From a virus: DNA of 45,630 bases. The position numbers and the translations under genes were made by a program. How positions within the stretch are numbered: the stretch's first letter is position 1; each line of letters starts with the position of its first letter. The DNA lies in the IMG/VR virus record IMGVR_UViG_3300034683_000458; one strand, written 5' to 3'. The notes under the pieces are model-generated. The model saw only the letters and a list, made by a program, of their open reading frames with translations. It ran no database searches and was not told the DNA's origin. Of this stretch, positions 33,059 to 42,365 are shown one piece after another.

Positions 33059-33445
33059 TTATACTTCAATCGGCTTTGCGTTTTCACTCAAGAATATCCC
33101 GAGCGTCCGCAAGGTTTGCTCGTGCATCTCTGCTGTGTCGCTACCGCCGAACACGAGTGCCTTCCTGTTGAAGTGGCCTGTCTTATACGCAACGGCCGTA
33201 ACATCACCGGCCGTGGTATCTACGTCATCGGCAAGGATGCAGTCGGCAACCTCGCTGCCGTCAGTATTCGCGGAATTGACGGCTTTGTATTTGCCGGTTG
33301 CCGTAACCTTGCCCAATACAGTTCCCCTTTTAAGCTCGCCCTGTCCTGCTTCAAGAGTTACGCCCTTGGCGAGTACGGGTATTTCATGCCCTGCAAAGAG
33401 ATTGTCGGGAGTAAAAGAATCGAGATTTTGAACCAAATTAGCCAT
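33059..33445 (-). CDS. Head decoration protein, lambda gpD-like.
   Basis: LKRGTVLGKVTATGKYKAV...CILADDVDT...VAYKTGHFNRKALV. Confidence 0.75.
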   Translation of the reverse strand: MANLVQNLDSFTPDNLFAGHEIPVLAKGVTLEAGQGELKRGTVLGKVTATGKYKAVNSANTDGSEVADCILADDVDTTAGDVTAVAYKTGHFNRKALVFGGSDTAEMHEQTLRTLGIFLSENAKPIEV

Positions 33446-34854
33446 TATCTTGCCCTCCTTTTGTTTGCAAATTCGGCTATTGCCTTAGCAATGGCCTCTT
33501 TTTCGTTTTTATCGCCTTCCTGCGGTTGCGGCGCTATGGCTTTGGCCTGAGCAAGGTTATCCGTCAGGTCTTTCATGTATTCTCTGCCCATCTGCTGCTC
33601 CAACTTAACCGCCTCAAATGCAAGCTGCTCGGCAGTCATGGCCTTTTCATACTTTGCCGACACCACAAGATTGTCCGGAATCGTCTTGGCAATCTCGTCT
33701 ATTGCTTTCATGCGCTCCCGTTCCTGCATAATGCCGGCTTCGAACAGCTGGTTAGCAAGATCCGGAAAGGCAGTTTTAAGTTCATCGACTGTCTGTATGT
33801 TCATTTTTTCGCCCTCCTTTTTTGGCAACATATCTTCACTTTTTTCTTCTTCCCATGGCGGGACTCGGTCAAACTGCTTATAATGGCTCCCCAAATGTTC
33901 CTGCACTTTTTCAATGTCTGTGCTTGGAATATCTGACTGAGGTAACCTGGCAGCCGCGTTTGCTACGCCTCTCCACACGACTGCACCGTCGCTTGGCCTG
34001 TGGTGAGGCAGCTTAAGGTCGCTGTATCTGTCAGGTGGCATGGATGCAGCCCATGCAAAGTGCCCGGCTATGCGCCTTTTCTCTGCATCGCTTAACTCCT
34101 CCCACTGCTTATCGGTGAAATCCGATAATGCAGGGGCCTCCCATGGTTCACCTTCCGGTGCTTTCTCTCTTGAAACATCCTTTGGGGCTACGCCATTGAC
34201 CACCTCCGGCATCCTTGGGAATGTCTTAAACCTGGACATGTCATGGCTGACGCTGTTTACAACCAAAATATTGCCTTTCGATTCAACCGGTACACTCTCG
34301 AACATAATTTCATCCGCAAACCCCATCTCCATCGCCTCTTGCCCCGTCATCCATGTTTCCTCGTCCATCATCTTTGACAGAGTGTCTCTGTCGAGGCCAG
34401 TTTTCATCGTGTAGGCATTGATGATCGATCCTTTGACTGCATCAAGCTGCTCTGCATACTTTCTCATTTCGTCAGAAGTCAAGAAGCCAAAGGCAAAAAG
34501 AGCAGGATTGTGGATCATCATCATGGCGTTGGACGGCATTTTTACCGTATCTCCCGCCATCGCTACGATGCTTGCCGCGCTGGCTGCCAGGCCGTCTACG
34601 ATCACAGTCACGCCGGCCTTATGGCTTTTTAGCTGCGTATATATTGCATGCGCAGCAAAAACGTCACCGCCTGCAGAATTTATACGCACTGTCACGGCCT
34701 TGTTCTTAAGGTTTTTCAATTCTTCATAGAATTTCTGCGGCGTAACGGTATCGCCTGCATCCGCCCACGGCAGATCAGATGCTATATCCCCATACAAAAG
34801 AAGTTCCGCTTCCTCTTCCGAAAGATTGCGGAACTCCCAGAATTTTTTATACAA
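33445..34854 (-). CDS. Head maturation protease (S49/ClpP-like) fused to a scaffold region, lambda gpC-like.
   Basis: INSAGGDVFAAHAIYTQLK...VDGLAASAASIVAMAGD. The C-terminal half is helical and charged. Confidence 0.85.
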   Translation of the reverse strand: MYKKFWEFRNLSEEEAELLLYGDIASDLPWADAGDTVTPQKFYEELKNLKNKAVTVRINSAGGDVFAAHAIYTQLKSHKAGVTVIVDGLAASAASIVAMAGDTVKMPSNAMMMIHNPALFAFGFLTSDEMRKYAEQLDAVKGSIINAYTMKTGLDRDTLSKMMDEETWMTGQEAMEMGFADEIMFESVPVESKGNILVVNSVSHDMSRFKTFPRMPEVVNGVAPKDVSREKAPEGEPWEAPALSDFTDKQWEELSDAEKRRIAGHFAWAASMPPDRYSDLKLPHHRPSDGAVVWRGVANAAARLPQSDIPSTDIEKVQEHLGSHYKQFDRVPPWEEEKSEDMLPKKEGEKMNIQTVDELKTAFPDLANQLFEAGIMQERERMKAIDEIAKTIPDNLVVSAKYEKAMTAEQLAFEAVKLEQQMGREYMKDLTDNLAQAKAIAPQPQEGDKNEKEAIAKAIAEFANKRRAR

Positions 34855-34875
34855 GCCCTACACCTCCTTTCATGG

Positions 34876-36447
34876 TCATTCCGGTATTGTCGGCATCCCG
34901 GCCTGCTTCATCAGCTCATTTTCTCTCTTGAGCTGTTCTATGTTTTTATCGAAATCTCTCCCTGTAAGTTCTACCGTTTCGCTTTCCCGTGTGGACAGAC
35001 CGTTTAAGATCCTCATTTGTGCGGCCTGGACCTCTTTAACAGGGTCTACCTGCCCAGGCGCAGGGCCGTACCAGTCCGCACGGCTCCATGCCTTCGCGAC
35101 TATGAGATCGGAAAAGAAGCCGGGTGCTTTTATCTTCCCCTGTGCGATCCTTTCGGCAAGCCAAACCTCATAAACAGGCTGACAGAAATCATGGGCAAAC
35201 CATGCCCTGCGCATTCTGAATGCACCCCATGCCTCAAGCAAGGCTGCCCTGCTTGCCGAATAGCTCGCGTTGAAGCTCTTCGTCAGCAGTTCGTACGGGA
35301 TCTCAAGGGCTGCTCCTATGTGTTTTGTAAGCGATGTAATGAAGGCGTCAAAATTGGACGACGGCCTTTTAGGGTCTGCGGTAGCTATGTCGTACCCAGG
35401 CGGCAAGGCGTTGATGGTGCCGGCCCCCAGCTCAAAGGCATTGGGATCAAAATCAACCTTATCCTGCGGTGATATGGCTTCTGCCAGCGGAAAGTCCCCT
35501 ACTGGTATTTGCCCTTCCTTGATGAAGACCGTAAAAAACCCGGTAACTATGGCTGCCATGAGCTCTGCTTCCGTATAGCGGGTTATCTGCTTCAGCTCTT
35601 CCACAACCGGAGCTAAGTACGGCACTCCCCTATACTGTTCGCACCTCTCAGGCTCCATGACACAAAGGACATTCGGCCTGCCGGTAGCTTCGCTAAAGGC
35701 GTCTATGCGCTGCCATTCCATAATTTCGAGAGGATTTGCAGGATCATTTTGATATTTGTTAGAGATCCAGTAGGCAACCACGGCGCCTTCATCGTCTATT
35801 TCGACGCCATTGATGATCTTGTTGCCGTTGTCTGGATTTATCTGAATCGTGTTTGTGCCGAAAATTGAGCGATATTGCTGAGGAGAACTGACCCTATCAG
35901 CCTCGATGAGATGGATGCGCAGCGAAAAGGGGAAATATGGCTTCGGCTCTACTGTTTTAAGCAATGCCCAACCGTCACCGTTCAGCAAAAAGGACATAAA
36001 AAGCAGCGATTGCATCTCATAAAAATTATTAAGACGTGTTGCGTCGCAAAACTTGCTTTCAGCCCATGCGTTAAACTGCCGTTCTACGTTTTTCTCCCAT
36101 TTATCGGCCTCTTCCCTGCTTATGCCCAAAAATTCTGCGTCTATCCTGCTTCTTAGCTTCAGGCCAACACCAATCACGTGCGATCTTGGCGTTACGATGG
36201 CAGACCTGCCCAGCGCACTGCCCATAAACAGATCCCTTGACCTCTGCCGCAAGACATCTACATTCATGTCTATGTCGGCCTGCGGGCTGCTGGACCAGGC
36301 CTGCCACCCTCGCATGGACTTCTTGCGCAAAGAAGCGCCAGATTCGGAATATCCAGTATCAAAAAATTGAAGCGCCCTGCGTGCAGCCTGGCGCTTTAGT
36401 GCCCTTTGCGGGCTTATGTACGATATGATTTTGTCTATGGCATTCAT
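34876..36447 (-). CDS. Portal protein, lambda family.
   Basis: 523 aa, between the gpW-like and protease genes. Confidence 0.85.
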   Translation of the reverse strand: MNAIDKIISYISPQRALKRQAARRALQFFDTGYSESGASLRKKSMRGWQAWSSSPQADIDMNVDVLRQRSRDLFMGSALGRSAIVTPRSHVIGVGLKLRSRIDAEFLGISREEADKWEKNVERQFNAWAESKFCDATRLNNFYEMQSLLFMSFLLNGDGWALLKTVEPKPYFPFSLRIHLIEADRVSSPQQYRSIFGTNTIQINPDNGNKIINGVEIDDEGAVVAYWISNKYQNDPANPLEIMEWQRIDAFSEATGRPNVLCVMEPERCEQYRGVPYLAPVVEELKQITRYTEAELMAAIVTGFFTVFIKEGQIPVGDFPLAEAISPQDKVDFDPNAFELGAGTINALPPGYDIATADPKRPSSNFDAFITSLTKHIGAALEIPYELLTKSFNASYSASRAALLEAWGAFRMRRAWFAHDFCQPVYEVWLAERIAQGKIKAPGFFSDLIVAKAWSRADWYGPAPGQVDPVKEVQAAQMRILNGLSTRESETVELTGRDFDKNIEQLKRENELMKQAGMPTIPE

Positions 36448-36457
36448 GCCGGCCCTC

Positions 36458-36697
36458 CTAAATATCTCTCAAAACCACCCTTTTACTGCTCATAAATGAC
36501 CCGGAAAGCCTGGCTTCAAGTATATTTTTCTGCTGCTCCAGTTCGTTAATGTTCTTTTGTACCTGCACAAGATCGGCCCTCCGAAGCGTCCTTGTGCCTA
36601 TCCTGTATTCCTGCCCCTGCAAAATTGCCAGTTCCGCATCATAGTATGCCTGCAAGCGCTCTTTTATCCTCTCAAGCCTTTCCTGGATACTCTCCAT
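36458..36697 (-). CDS. Head-tail joining protein, lambda gpW-like.
   Basis: LQAYYDAELAILQGQEYRIGTRTLRRADLVQVQKNINELE. The ATG at 36697 follows a GAGGTG RBS. Confidence 0.7.
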   Translation of the reverse strand: MESIQERLERIKERLQAYYDAELAILQGQEYRIGTRTLRRADLVQVQKNINELEQQKNILEARLSGSFMSSKRVVLRDI

Positions 36698-36708
36698 GTC
36701 CTCACACC

Positions 36709-38589
36709 TCATAAGTCATATTTTTTTATGCAGCCGTAACGCCTTTTGGGCTGCTCTCTGACCTGTACCTGCCTTGCCTGCGGTTCCTGTTGTTCTCGGA
36801 TTTTTTTTTCAAGGGCATCAAAGTCGGGATTCATAAGCCGGAGGGCTGCAAGGTTATAAACCCGCAGGTCAAGAGGCTCGTTTCTCTTGTCGGAGCTGAT
36901 ATTCTCCCAGGAAACTACTATCCTGCCCTTTACTTTTCGTATCACCTGACGCTCGGATATAAGGCCTTTGAAATACTGATGGTCGTATCCACGCTCCTCC
37001 TGAAGCGGGAAATGGAAGTACTTCGGGCCAGGTTTCTGTATTTTCAGACGCTGGATCACGGCAGCTTTCCCGGAATCGACGCCCAAAAGCACAAGCGGCA
37101 GCTTGTATTTGTTGTTTCTCGAGATCTTGTAAACCAACGGAATACCGGAACCGCCCTGCCCTCGTATCGGGAATACACGCAGCTGGAGCCTGTCGAGGCA
37201 GTAGCGGTATACTTCGTCCGTGAAATGACCGCCTGAGTCGATGCACGTACACGATACGCACATGCCTGTTCCGTCTTTTCGCTTCCACGTCTTGTTTATC
37301 TTCTCATCCAACTGCATCCATGTGGTCTGGTCGTCGGGCCTTCCCCAAATTATGCCCTTTTCTATGCCCCATGACTCTTCATTCCTGCCCCATCCGGCAA
37401 CTTCATACTCAAGACGGTCATCCTGCGTATCGACCGCCATGGTAAGCATCAAAACACCATCAGGGACTTCCGCGTCGTATTTCTCGCGCCTCGACATGAG
37501 CACGCCTTCGTCCTCTATGTCGCCACGTTCCTCCCAAGTCTCGCCCAAAATAGTGTTGACGAAGACCTTAAACCGTTCCGGATCGTCTTTAGATTCAAGG
37601 AATTCCTGTATTATGCTCTTCCAGGAATGCCATGGAGATACAAACGAATTGAGATGAAAGCTTTTAATACCGTTTGTCACTGCCAACGGGTTTTCGGCTA
37701 TCCACTCTGCAGGCTGTCTTTTCATCGTGAATTCGTCAAATTCGTTATTGCAGTCCGGGCATCTCCATTTAACTTCATCCACGATATATGTCTTTTTGCC
37801 CGCAATTTCCTCATATCTGTGCTTAAATCTTATGTCGCGCAACTCTATGAAGTGATAATTTCCGCATCCGGGGCATTTAATACAATATTTTTCCCTTGTC
37901 CCAAGTTCATATTCGGCCTCAATCCTGGAGGCCCCGCGTATGGTCGGGGTAGAAGTAAATATCTTCTTGCGATTCCAGAACGTTATGGTGCGTTTCTCCG
38001 CCAAGGATATGGGATCACCCTCACCGCCAGCACTTGACGGGTACCTGTCTACCTCGTCGCACAGAAGTATGCGTATCGGTCGGCTGGCCAGCCCAGCAGG
38101 GCTGTTGGCTCCACCCATGGCAAGGAAGCCGCCCGGGAAAACTTTCATCAAAATAGTGTTATTGAGATCTCTTGTCTTTGAGTCTGCCACCTTGCAGCTC
38201 AAGACTTCGGTGTCTTTTATCATCGGGGTTATGCGGCGCTTGGAGTAGTCCTGTGCGATGTCGATGGTAGGTTGTATCAGAAGTATCGGAGCAGGGTCAA
38301 CATCGATGTAATAACCTATGATATTATTCAATATCTCCGATTTGCCTACCTGGCTGCTTGTCATGATGACCACTTTTTCGATTCTTGGATCGGTTACGGC
38401 ATCCATAATCTCTCGTTGATATGGTGCCCTGTCGGTCCTCCATTGCCCTGGTTCTGCCGAATTCTCCGGCGAAAGCTTTCTGTATGTGTCTGCCCACTCG
38501 CTGATGGTAAGCTTAGGCGGAGGAGCAATACTTTTCGCTATTTTACAGAACAGTTTCGCTGTCTTCGTCAGAGTCATCGTCTTGCTCAT
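36709..38589 (-). CDS. terL: Terminase large subunit, lambda gpA-like.
   Basis: LTISEWADTYRKLSPENSAEPGQWRTDRAPYQREIMDA...MTSSQVGKSE is the Walker A motif. CPGCG...CPDC is a zinc ribbon. The ATG at 38589 follows a GAGGA RBS. Confidence 0.9.
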   Translation of the reverse strand: MSKTMTLTKTAKLFCKIAKSIAPPPKLTISEWADTYRKLSPENSAEPGQWRTDRAPYQREIMDAVTDPRIEKVVIMTSSQVGKSEILNNIIGYYIDVDPAPILLIQPTIDIAQDYSKRRITPMIKDTEVLSCKVADSKTRDLNNTILMKVFPGGFLAMGGANSPAGLASRPIRILLCDEVDRYPSSAGGEGDPISLAEKRTITFWNRKKIFTSTPTIRGASRIEAEYELGTREKYCIKCPGCGNYHFIELRDIRFKHRYEEIAGKKTYIVDEVKWRCPDCNNEFDEFTMKRQPAEWIAENPLAVTNGIKSFHLNSFVSPWHSWKSIIQEFLESKDDPERFKVFVNTILGETWEERGDIEDEGVLMSRREKYDAEVPDGVLMLTMAVDTQDDRLEYEVAGWGRNEESWGIEKGIIWGRPDDQTTWMQLDEKINKTWKRKDGTGMCVSCTCIDSGGHFTDEVYRYCLDRLQLRVFPIRGQGGSGIPLVYKISRNNKYKLPLVLLGVDSGKAAVIQRLKIQKPGPKYFHFPLQEERGYDHQYFKGLISERQVIRKVKGRIVVSWENISSDKRNEPLDLRVYNLAALRLMNPDFDALEKKIREQQEPQARQVQVREQPKRRYGCIKKYDL

Positions 38590-39100
38590 CACCATCATCC
38601 TCAACCGCAAAAAGTGCAGGATCATAATCTTTAAGCTCTGTCAGGGCTTCCAAAATCTCATGTTCAATAATGCTGCTTATCTCAGCCAGGTTATTAAGGC
38701 TTATCAGCTTTGGAGCTAATTTTTGCGGAATGCCCAAAATGCGGTTTCTAAAGATCGTCAACATATTGGTCATAATCATTTCAACGTCAGCGGCATCGTG
38801 CATCTGGTTCTTGAGCTTGGACAACTTAAGCTCTGCCATTTCACGTTTGGCAGCCTCATGCTTTGCCCTCTCTTCCCAATAGATCGACTTTGCTTCCTGT
38901 CCTTCCTTGTCGGTCTTGCCGGTCCTTAGAAATTCGATGTATTTGCTTATATTCGGTTCGAGAGGCCAGCGTCCAGGCGCTCGCCTTTCCAAGACGCCTT
39001 CTTTGGCAAGCTGGTTTATATATCTTCGCGTTACGCCAAAGAGCTTGGCCAAAACGTCGGTATTGACAATTATGCCGGAGACATCTGTTTTAACAGACAT
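38543..39100 (-). CDS. terS: Terminase small subunit, Nu1-like wHTH.
   Basis: VNTDVLAKLFGVTRRYINQLAKEGVL is the HTH. The C-terminal tail is acidic. The ATG at 39100 follows an AAGGTG RBS; the ORF-track start at 39133 lies in the terminator T-run. Confidence 0.8.
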   Translation of the reverse strand: MSVKTDVSGIIVNTDVLAKLFGVTRRYINQLAKEGVLERRAPGRWPLEPNISKYIEFLRTGKTDKEGQEAKSIYWEERAKHEAAKREMAELKLSKLKNQMHDAADVEMIMTNMLTIFRNRILGIPQKLAPKLISLNNLAEISSIIEHEILEALTELKDYDPALFAVEDDGDEQDDDSDEDSETVL

Positions 39101-39120
39101 ATTAACCACACCTTTATGCA

Positions 39121-39156
39121 ATAAAAACACCAACGCAAGTGTTTAATGCGTTGGTG
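39121..39156 (-). terminator. Rho-independent terminator immediately upstream of terS.
   Basis: A 10-bp perfect stem CACCAACGCA/TGCGTTGGTG with a 9-nt loop, followed on the minus strand by TTTTTAT. Confidence 0.7.
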
Positions 39157-39277
39157 GATGGAAATATGGTCAAAATTTTTTGACACCTAGGCAAAAATCG
39201 GGGCTCGACGCCATCGCAAGCTTCTATTCCACCAGAAGGACCCGTAAAACAGCTTATTTAACAGATACCAATACTAC

Positions 39278-39295
39278 TGTATATAATTATATACA
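39278..39295. promoter_or_regulatory. 18-bp perfect palindrome TGTATATAATTATATACA, which contains TATAAT on both strands.
   Basis: Read directly, in the 208-bp gap upstream of terS. Confidence 0.5.
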
Positions 39296-39308
39296 TGTTT
39301 TACTCTCA

Positions 39309-39328
39309 ATTTTGCCAGGATTCTGCCA
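39309..39328 (-). promoter_or_regulatory. Two TGGCA(A/G)AAT direct repeats at 11-bp spacing. Candidate activator sites.
   Basis: The minus strand reads TTGGCAGAATCCTGGCAAAAT, upstream of the palindrome relative to late transcription. Confidence 0.35.
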
Positions 39329-39341
39329 AGATTACATATAA

Positions 39342-39815
39342 CTAATCGTCCTCCTCATTATTCGAATAATAATGCATGATTCTTCTTATCCTGCACTGTA
39401 CCCATTTATGTTTACGTTTTTTTCTTTCTCGACCCAAATAAGCATCGAGAATGGCAGGATTAAGCGCTAATCTAAAGTACGCATTTGGGCTTTCCGGACC
39501 CTCTGGTATTACGTCCCATCCTAACCGAAACACTGCTTCAATCAAGGCCCCATTGCTAGCAAGACCGCTTTTAATTTGTACGACATCCTTAAGAACATCA
39601 GATCTCATTTTATAATTAATGTAGTATTGTCGCGGACGAGCATATTCAAGCAACCATGCCATACAATTCTGTACAGTCGCCACGTCAGGTGGCATTTCAT
39701 TAAGCGATTCTCCTTTGTCTAAAATCTTTTGTCTAAGACACTGGGATAATAATCCTTCTTCTGTTATTACATATTTAACACCATCATATGTAAAACTAAT
39801 TTGCATCGTGTTCAC
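39342..39815 (-). CDS. Hypothetical protein.
   Basis: 157-aa ORF overlapping the upstream HTH gene by 20 nt. Confidence 0.5.
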   Translation of the reverse strand: MNTMQISFTYDGVKYVITEEGLLSQCLRQKILDKGESLNEMPPDVATVQNCMAWLLEYARPRQYYINYKMRSDVLKDVVQIKSGLASNGALIEAVFRLGWDVIPEGPESPNAYFRLALNPAILDAYLGRERKKRKHKWVQCRIRRIMHYYSNNEEDD

Positions 39816-40059
39816 CTCTTCTTAATTTCAAGCTTGCCTCCTCTACCAGCTTGGCAAGGCCTCGGTCGTCTAGTATTTCTTCGACTCTCACGCCTAAGGC
39901 ATCGGCAAGCTGTTTCCTCCGCCCTGGGGGGACACAAACCCTTCCCCTCTTCCATTCGCATATTGCGACATCAGTAACGTCAAGGGACCTGGCCAACGAC
40001 TTGTTTGAAATACCTTTAAGACTCATTACTTTTGCTATTTCTGTTTGCATCATGTTCAC
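39796..40059 (-). CDS. XRE-family HTH regulator.
   Basis: LKGISNKSLARSLDVTDVAICEWKRGR. RBS AGGAGGTG. Confidence 0.7.
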   Translation of the reverse strand: MNMMQTEIAKVMSLKGISNKSLARSLDVTDVAICEWKRGRVCVPPGRRKQLADALGVRVEEILDDRGLAKLVEEASLKLRRGEHDAN

Positions 40060-40070
40060 CTCCTATTTTT

Positions 40071-40084
40071 TGGCTGTTGACAGC
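40071..40084. promoter_or_regulatory. 14-bp palindrome GGCTGTTGACAGCC just upstream of the HTH gene RBS. Candidate operator.
   Basis: Read directly. It overlaps a plus-strand TTGACA hexamer. Confidence 0.4.
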
Positions 40085-40183
40085 CTTCAATTTAATGGTA
40101 AGATTCTAAGTAAACAAAAGCTAGCAGCACAGTTCCAAATTAGTTCCAAAATTGGTTCAGATTTATAAGGCATTCAAAGACAT

Positions 40184-40594
40184 TTACATCCCAAACGGGC
40201 CAAGGATAAATGGGGCACATCTTTCAACTGCTTTTCTCCTTTGCCTATAAAACTCCCTCTCAGAAATAGCCAATTCTTCGATTACAACATCCCTATCAAG
40301 CTGATCGAAATAATAAAGAGATACGAGGCGCTGCAGGTGTTTAGGAAGGGATTCATACGCATACTTAATTGCTTTAACTTTAGTTTGCAATAATTGATAT
40401 TCTGGATCTTTTTCTTTTAATAATAAAACATTTTCTTCGATGGATGTTGATGTGCTTGAGCTGCCAGGCTTTATAAATCCATCGAAATAATTACATTTGC
40501 TTTTTATAAATTCTTCTCTCATTGTCAACTGCCTTATGAGCGACGGAAAATTAAACAGGGCACTTTCCACAGCACGAAAAAAATCACGCTTCAT
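40184..40594 (-). CDS. RinA/ArpU-like late transcriptional activator (sigma-70 region-4-like C-terminus).
   Basis: LPKHLQRLVSLYYFDQLDRDVVIEELAISEREFYRQRRKAVE. Confidence 0.5.
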   Translation of the reverse strand: MKRDFFRAVESALFNFPSLIRQLTMREEFIKSKCNYFDGFIKPGSSSTSTSIEENVLLLKEKDPEYQLLQTKVKAIKYAYESLPKHLQRLVSLYYFDQLDRDVVIEELAISEREFYRQRRKAVERCAPFILGPFGM

Positions 40595-40956
40595 TCGTCC
40601 GCCTCCATTCCTGCCTTCTTCACGATCTCGAAGAAGGCTTCGGCATCAAGGATAACAACAGGCTGTTTCCTCGACTGCTTGCATACAAGAAGCCACTTAG
40701 TTCCTTCTGCTTCATTTGCCTTGGCCTGTTCTATCCACTTCTGTACGCTCCATCTCTCCTGGAACTTACATTCAACAGAGAACGGGAACTTATTTAGAAC
40801 CGAACGCTCTAGTCTAACGTCAGCTCCAGCCTGTCCCATAGGCCTAGATTCGATTGGCTTGTCCCTTCCGCATTCAAAGCCTGTAACTTCGGCTATCTTC
40901 TCGCAAACCCACTTTTGCAGGGACCGGCCCTTTGCCTTTGCTGACTGCGGCCTCAT
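40591..40956 (-). CDS. PD-(D/E)xK nuclease, Holliday-junction resolvase-like.
   Basis: KAKGRSLQKWV...GADVRL...FSVECK is a D...E-x-K arrangement. 121 aa. Confidence 0.55.
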   Translation of the reverse strand: MRPQSAKAKGRSLQKWVCEKIAEVTGFECGRDKPIESRPMGQAGADVRLERSVLNKFPFSVECKFQERWSVQKWIEQAKANEAEGTKWLLVCKQSRKQPVVILDAEAFFEIVKKAGMEADE

Positions 40957-41540
40957 TTTCGATCAACCTCAAATATATAGTCCTGCATTTGCTGGAGTGT
41001 AAAAGATTCCAGATAGCCTGCCTTACTGCGGAACATAAACATAGGCTGCTCATGTACATTCCATACTATGCCTTCGAAGTACATTGCCCTTGTATTAAAA
41101 TCGTTTTGCCAAACATGCGGTTTTACAACATATCGTTTGCCCTTTACAAACTTGCCTTTAACCTTGTCGTAAAACTTCTGCCAATTATTGCCGTCGTTAG
41201 TCTTTGCCCTTTTCTGTGCAATAAAATCAAGCCAATTATCGCTTAATAAATACTTCTTGTTTTTGTTTTTAATTCCAAGCTCGTATCTTTTACATCTTAC
41301 CGCCACCCACGTTCTCCCAAGTACTCTGCCTATTTCTTCGTCGCTAAGTCCGTCTTTTATAAGCCTACACAACTTTTTGATATCATCATCAGACCATAGC
41401 CATATTTCTCTTTTGGGTTCGTCTTTCTTCTTGCGCTGTCTGCATTTCAGCTTATGTGACTTCTTGTAGGCTACGCTTCTCAATTCCTCAATGTGTTCAA
41501 GCACCTCGCTGCTCAGTTCAGCTTCTGCCATCCGCTCCAC
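40953..41540 (-). CDS. Hypothetical protein with a Myb/SANT-like HTH segment.
   Basis: WSDDDIKKLCRLIKDGLSDEEIGRVLGRTWVAVRCKRYELGI. Confidence 0.45.
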   Translation of the reverse strand: MERMAEAELSSEVLEHIEELRSVAYKKSHKLKCRQRKKKDEPKREIWLWSDDDIKKLCRLIKDGLSDEEIGRVLGRTWVAVRCKRYELGIKNKNKKYLLSDNWLDFIAQKRAKTNDGNNWQKFYDKVKGKFVKGKRYVVKPHVWQNDFNTRAMYFEGIVWNVHEQPMFMFRSKAGYLESFTLQQMQDYIFEVDRK

Positions 41541-41543
41541 CTC

Positions 41544-41966
41544 CTAGAACGGTATTTCGGCATCCGGTAAATCTTCATCGGCGAATTCCTGCATAGGAAC
41601 TTCTTCCTGTGCATATATGGATGACTCGGTGATTTTCTTTACATAAATTGGCTTGTAGACCTCGGTGGCAACGATCTCAGATGCCTGTTTCTTTTGCCCC
41701 TTGCTTTCATAGCCCCTAGTGCGATGCTTACCACGAACCATAATCGCATCGCCTTTTTTAAACTCGTTTACCACCAGTTGGGCGAGTTCTCCCCATATGA
41801 CGACATTATGCCATTCGGGAGGATTCTTAATCCATTGGCCACCACGTTTGAAGTCGTTGCTGGTGGCTATGCTAAAAGAGCAAACTGGATTGTTAGATGT
41901 GGTATAACGCAACTCGGGATCTCGGCCAAGGTGGCCCATTACTTCATGCATGTTCCTGTTCGGCAT
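41544..41966 (-). CDS. ssb: Single-stranded DNA-binding protein.
   Basis: GHLGRDPELRYT...WHNVVIWGELA is the OB fold. The acidic tip is DLPDAEIPF. The ATG at 41966 follows a GAGGAG RBS. Confidence 0.9.
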   Translation of the reverse strand: MPNRNMHEVMGHLGRDPELRYTTSNNPVCSFSIATSNDFKRGGQWIKNPPEWHNVVIWGELAQLVVNEFKKGDAIMVRGKHRTRGYESKGQKKQASEIVATEVYKPIYVKKITESSIYAQEEVPMQEFADEDLPDAEIPF

Positions 41967-42234
41967 TGGTATCACTCCTCAAATCATAATATGCTTGCAA
42001 ATCCTTATCTTCGCATCCCGTAATTATTTCTCCGGTTAGCTGGTACACAATATCTAAATAATACCTAAATGCTTCGTCTCTATTCGCTCACTGGCATATT
42101 TGAGCTGTGAATTATACCCAGCTTCCCCTCTGCATAATTCAGTTTCTGTGTGTCATAAAAGCCTCTGACCATGTTTCTCAACATTTCCTTTTGCATCTTA
42201 ATCCATCCCCTTTTTTTTAATTTATCGCAGTTAT

Positions 42235-42365
42235 TAGACCGCTTTGCCGTTATGGGTTACTTTGGAAGTCTGGCACGCTTCACAAAGGTGGTTCTCTTTT
42301 CAAGCCTGGCACGCTTAACATTAGTGGTTACCTGCCTCCTCGTGGCACGCTTGCCCCCAACTGAA
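42235..42365 (+). repeat. 36-bp-phased repeat array with core TGGCACGCTT: three exact copies plus one degenerate copy.
   Basis: Cores at 42271, 42307 and 42343, with a degenerate copy (7 of 10 matches) at 42235. Units 1 and 2 share TGGCACGCTTnACAnnnGTGGTT. Confidence 0.8.

Noticed and set aside
39101-39133. The ORF-track start of terS at 39133 (MVFLLHKGVVN...).
   Set aside because: Those codons are the T-run and 3' flank of the terminator hairpin. The ATG at 39100 has a proper AAGGTG RBS.
40076-40104. A plus-strand TTGACA-16-TAAGAT promoter that could drive an antisense RNA against the RinA/ArpU-like gene.
   Set aside because: No plus-strand gene or structured RNA is evident downstream. The TTGACA is part of the GGCTGTTGACAGCC palindrome, which is more simply an operator for the adjacent HTH gene. 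It is noted only as a possibility.
42271-42352. TGGCACG motifs read as sigma-54 (-24/-12) promoters.
   Set aside because: None has a GC dinucleotide at the required spacing (TGGCAC-N5-TTGC). All three point away from the minus-strand genes, and their strict 36-bp phasing fits protein-binding repeats better.
42235-42365. The phased repeats read as a mini CRISPR array that could serve the type IV-B module.
   Set aside because: The period is only 36 bp, with a conserved core of 10-23 bp and gaps of about 13 bp. That is far below CRISPR repeat-plus-spacer dimensions, and the repeats degenerate rather than being identical.
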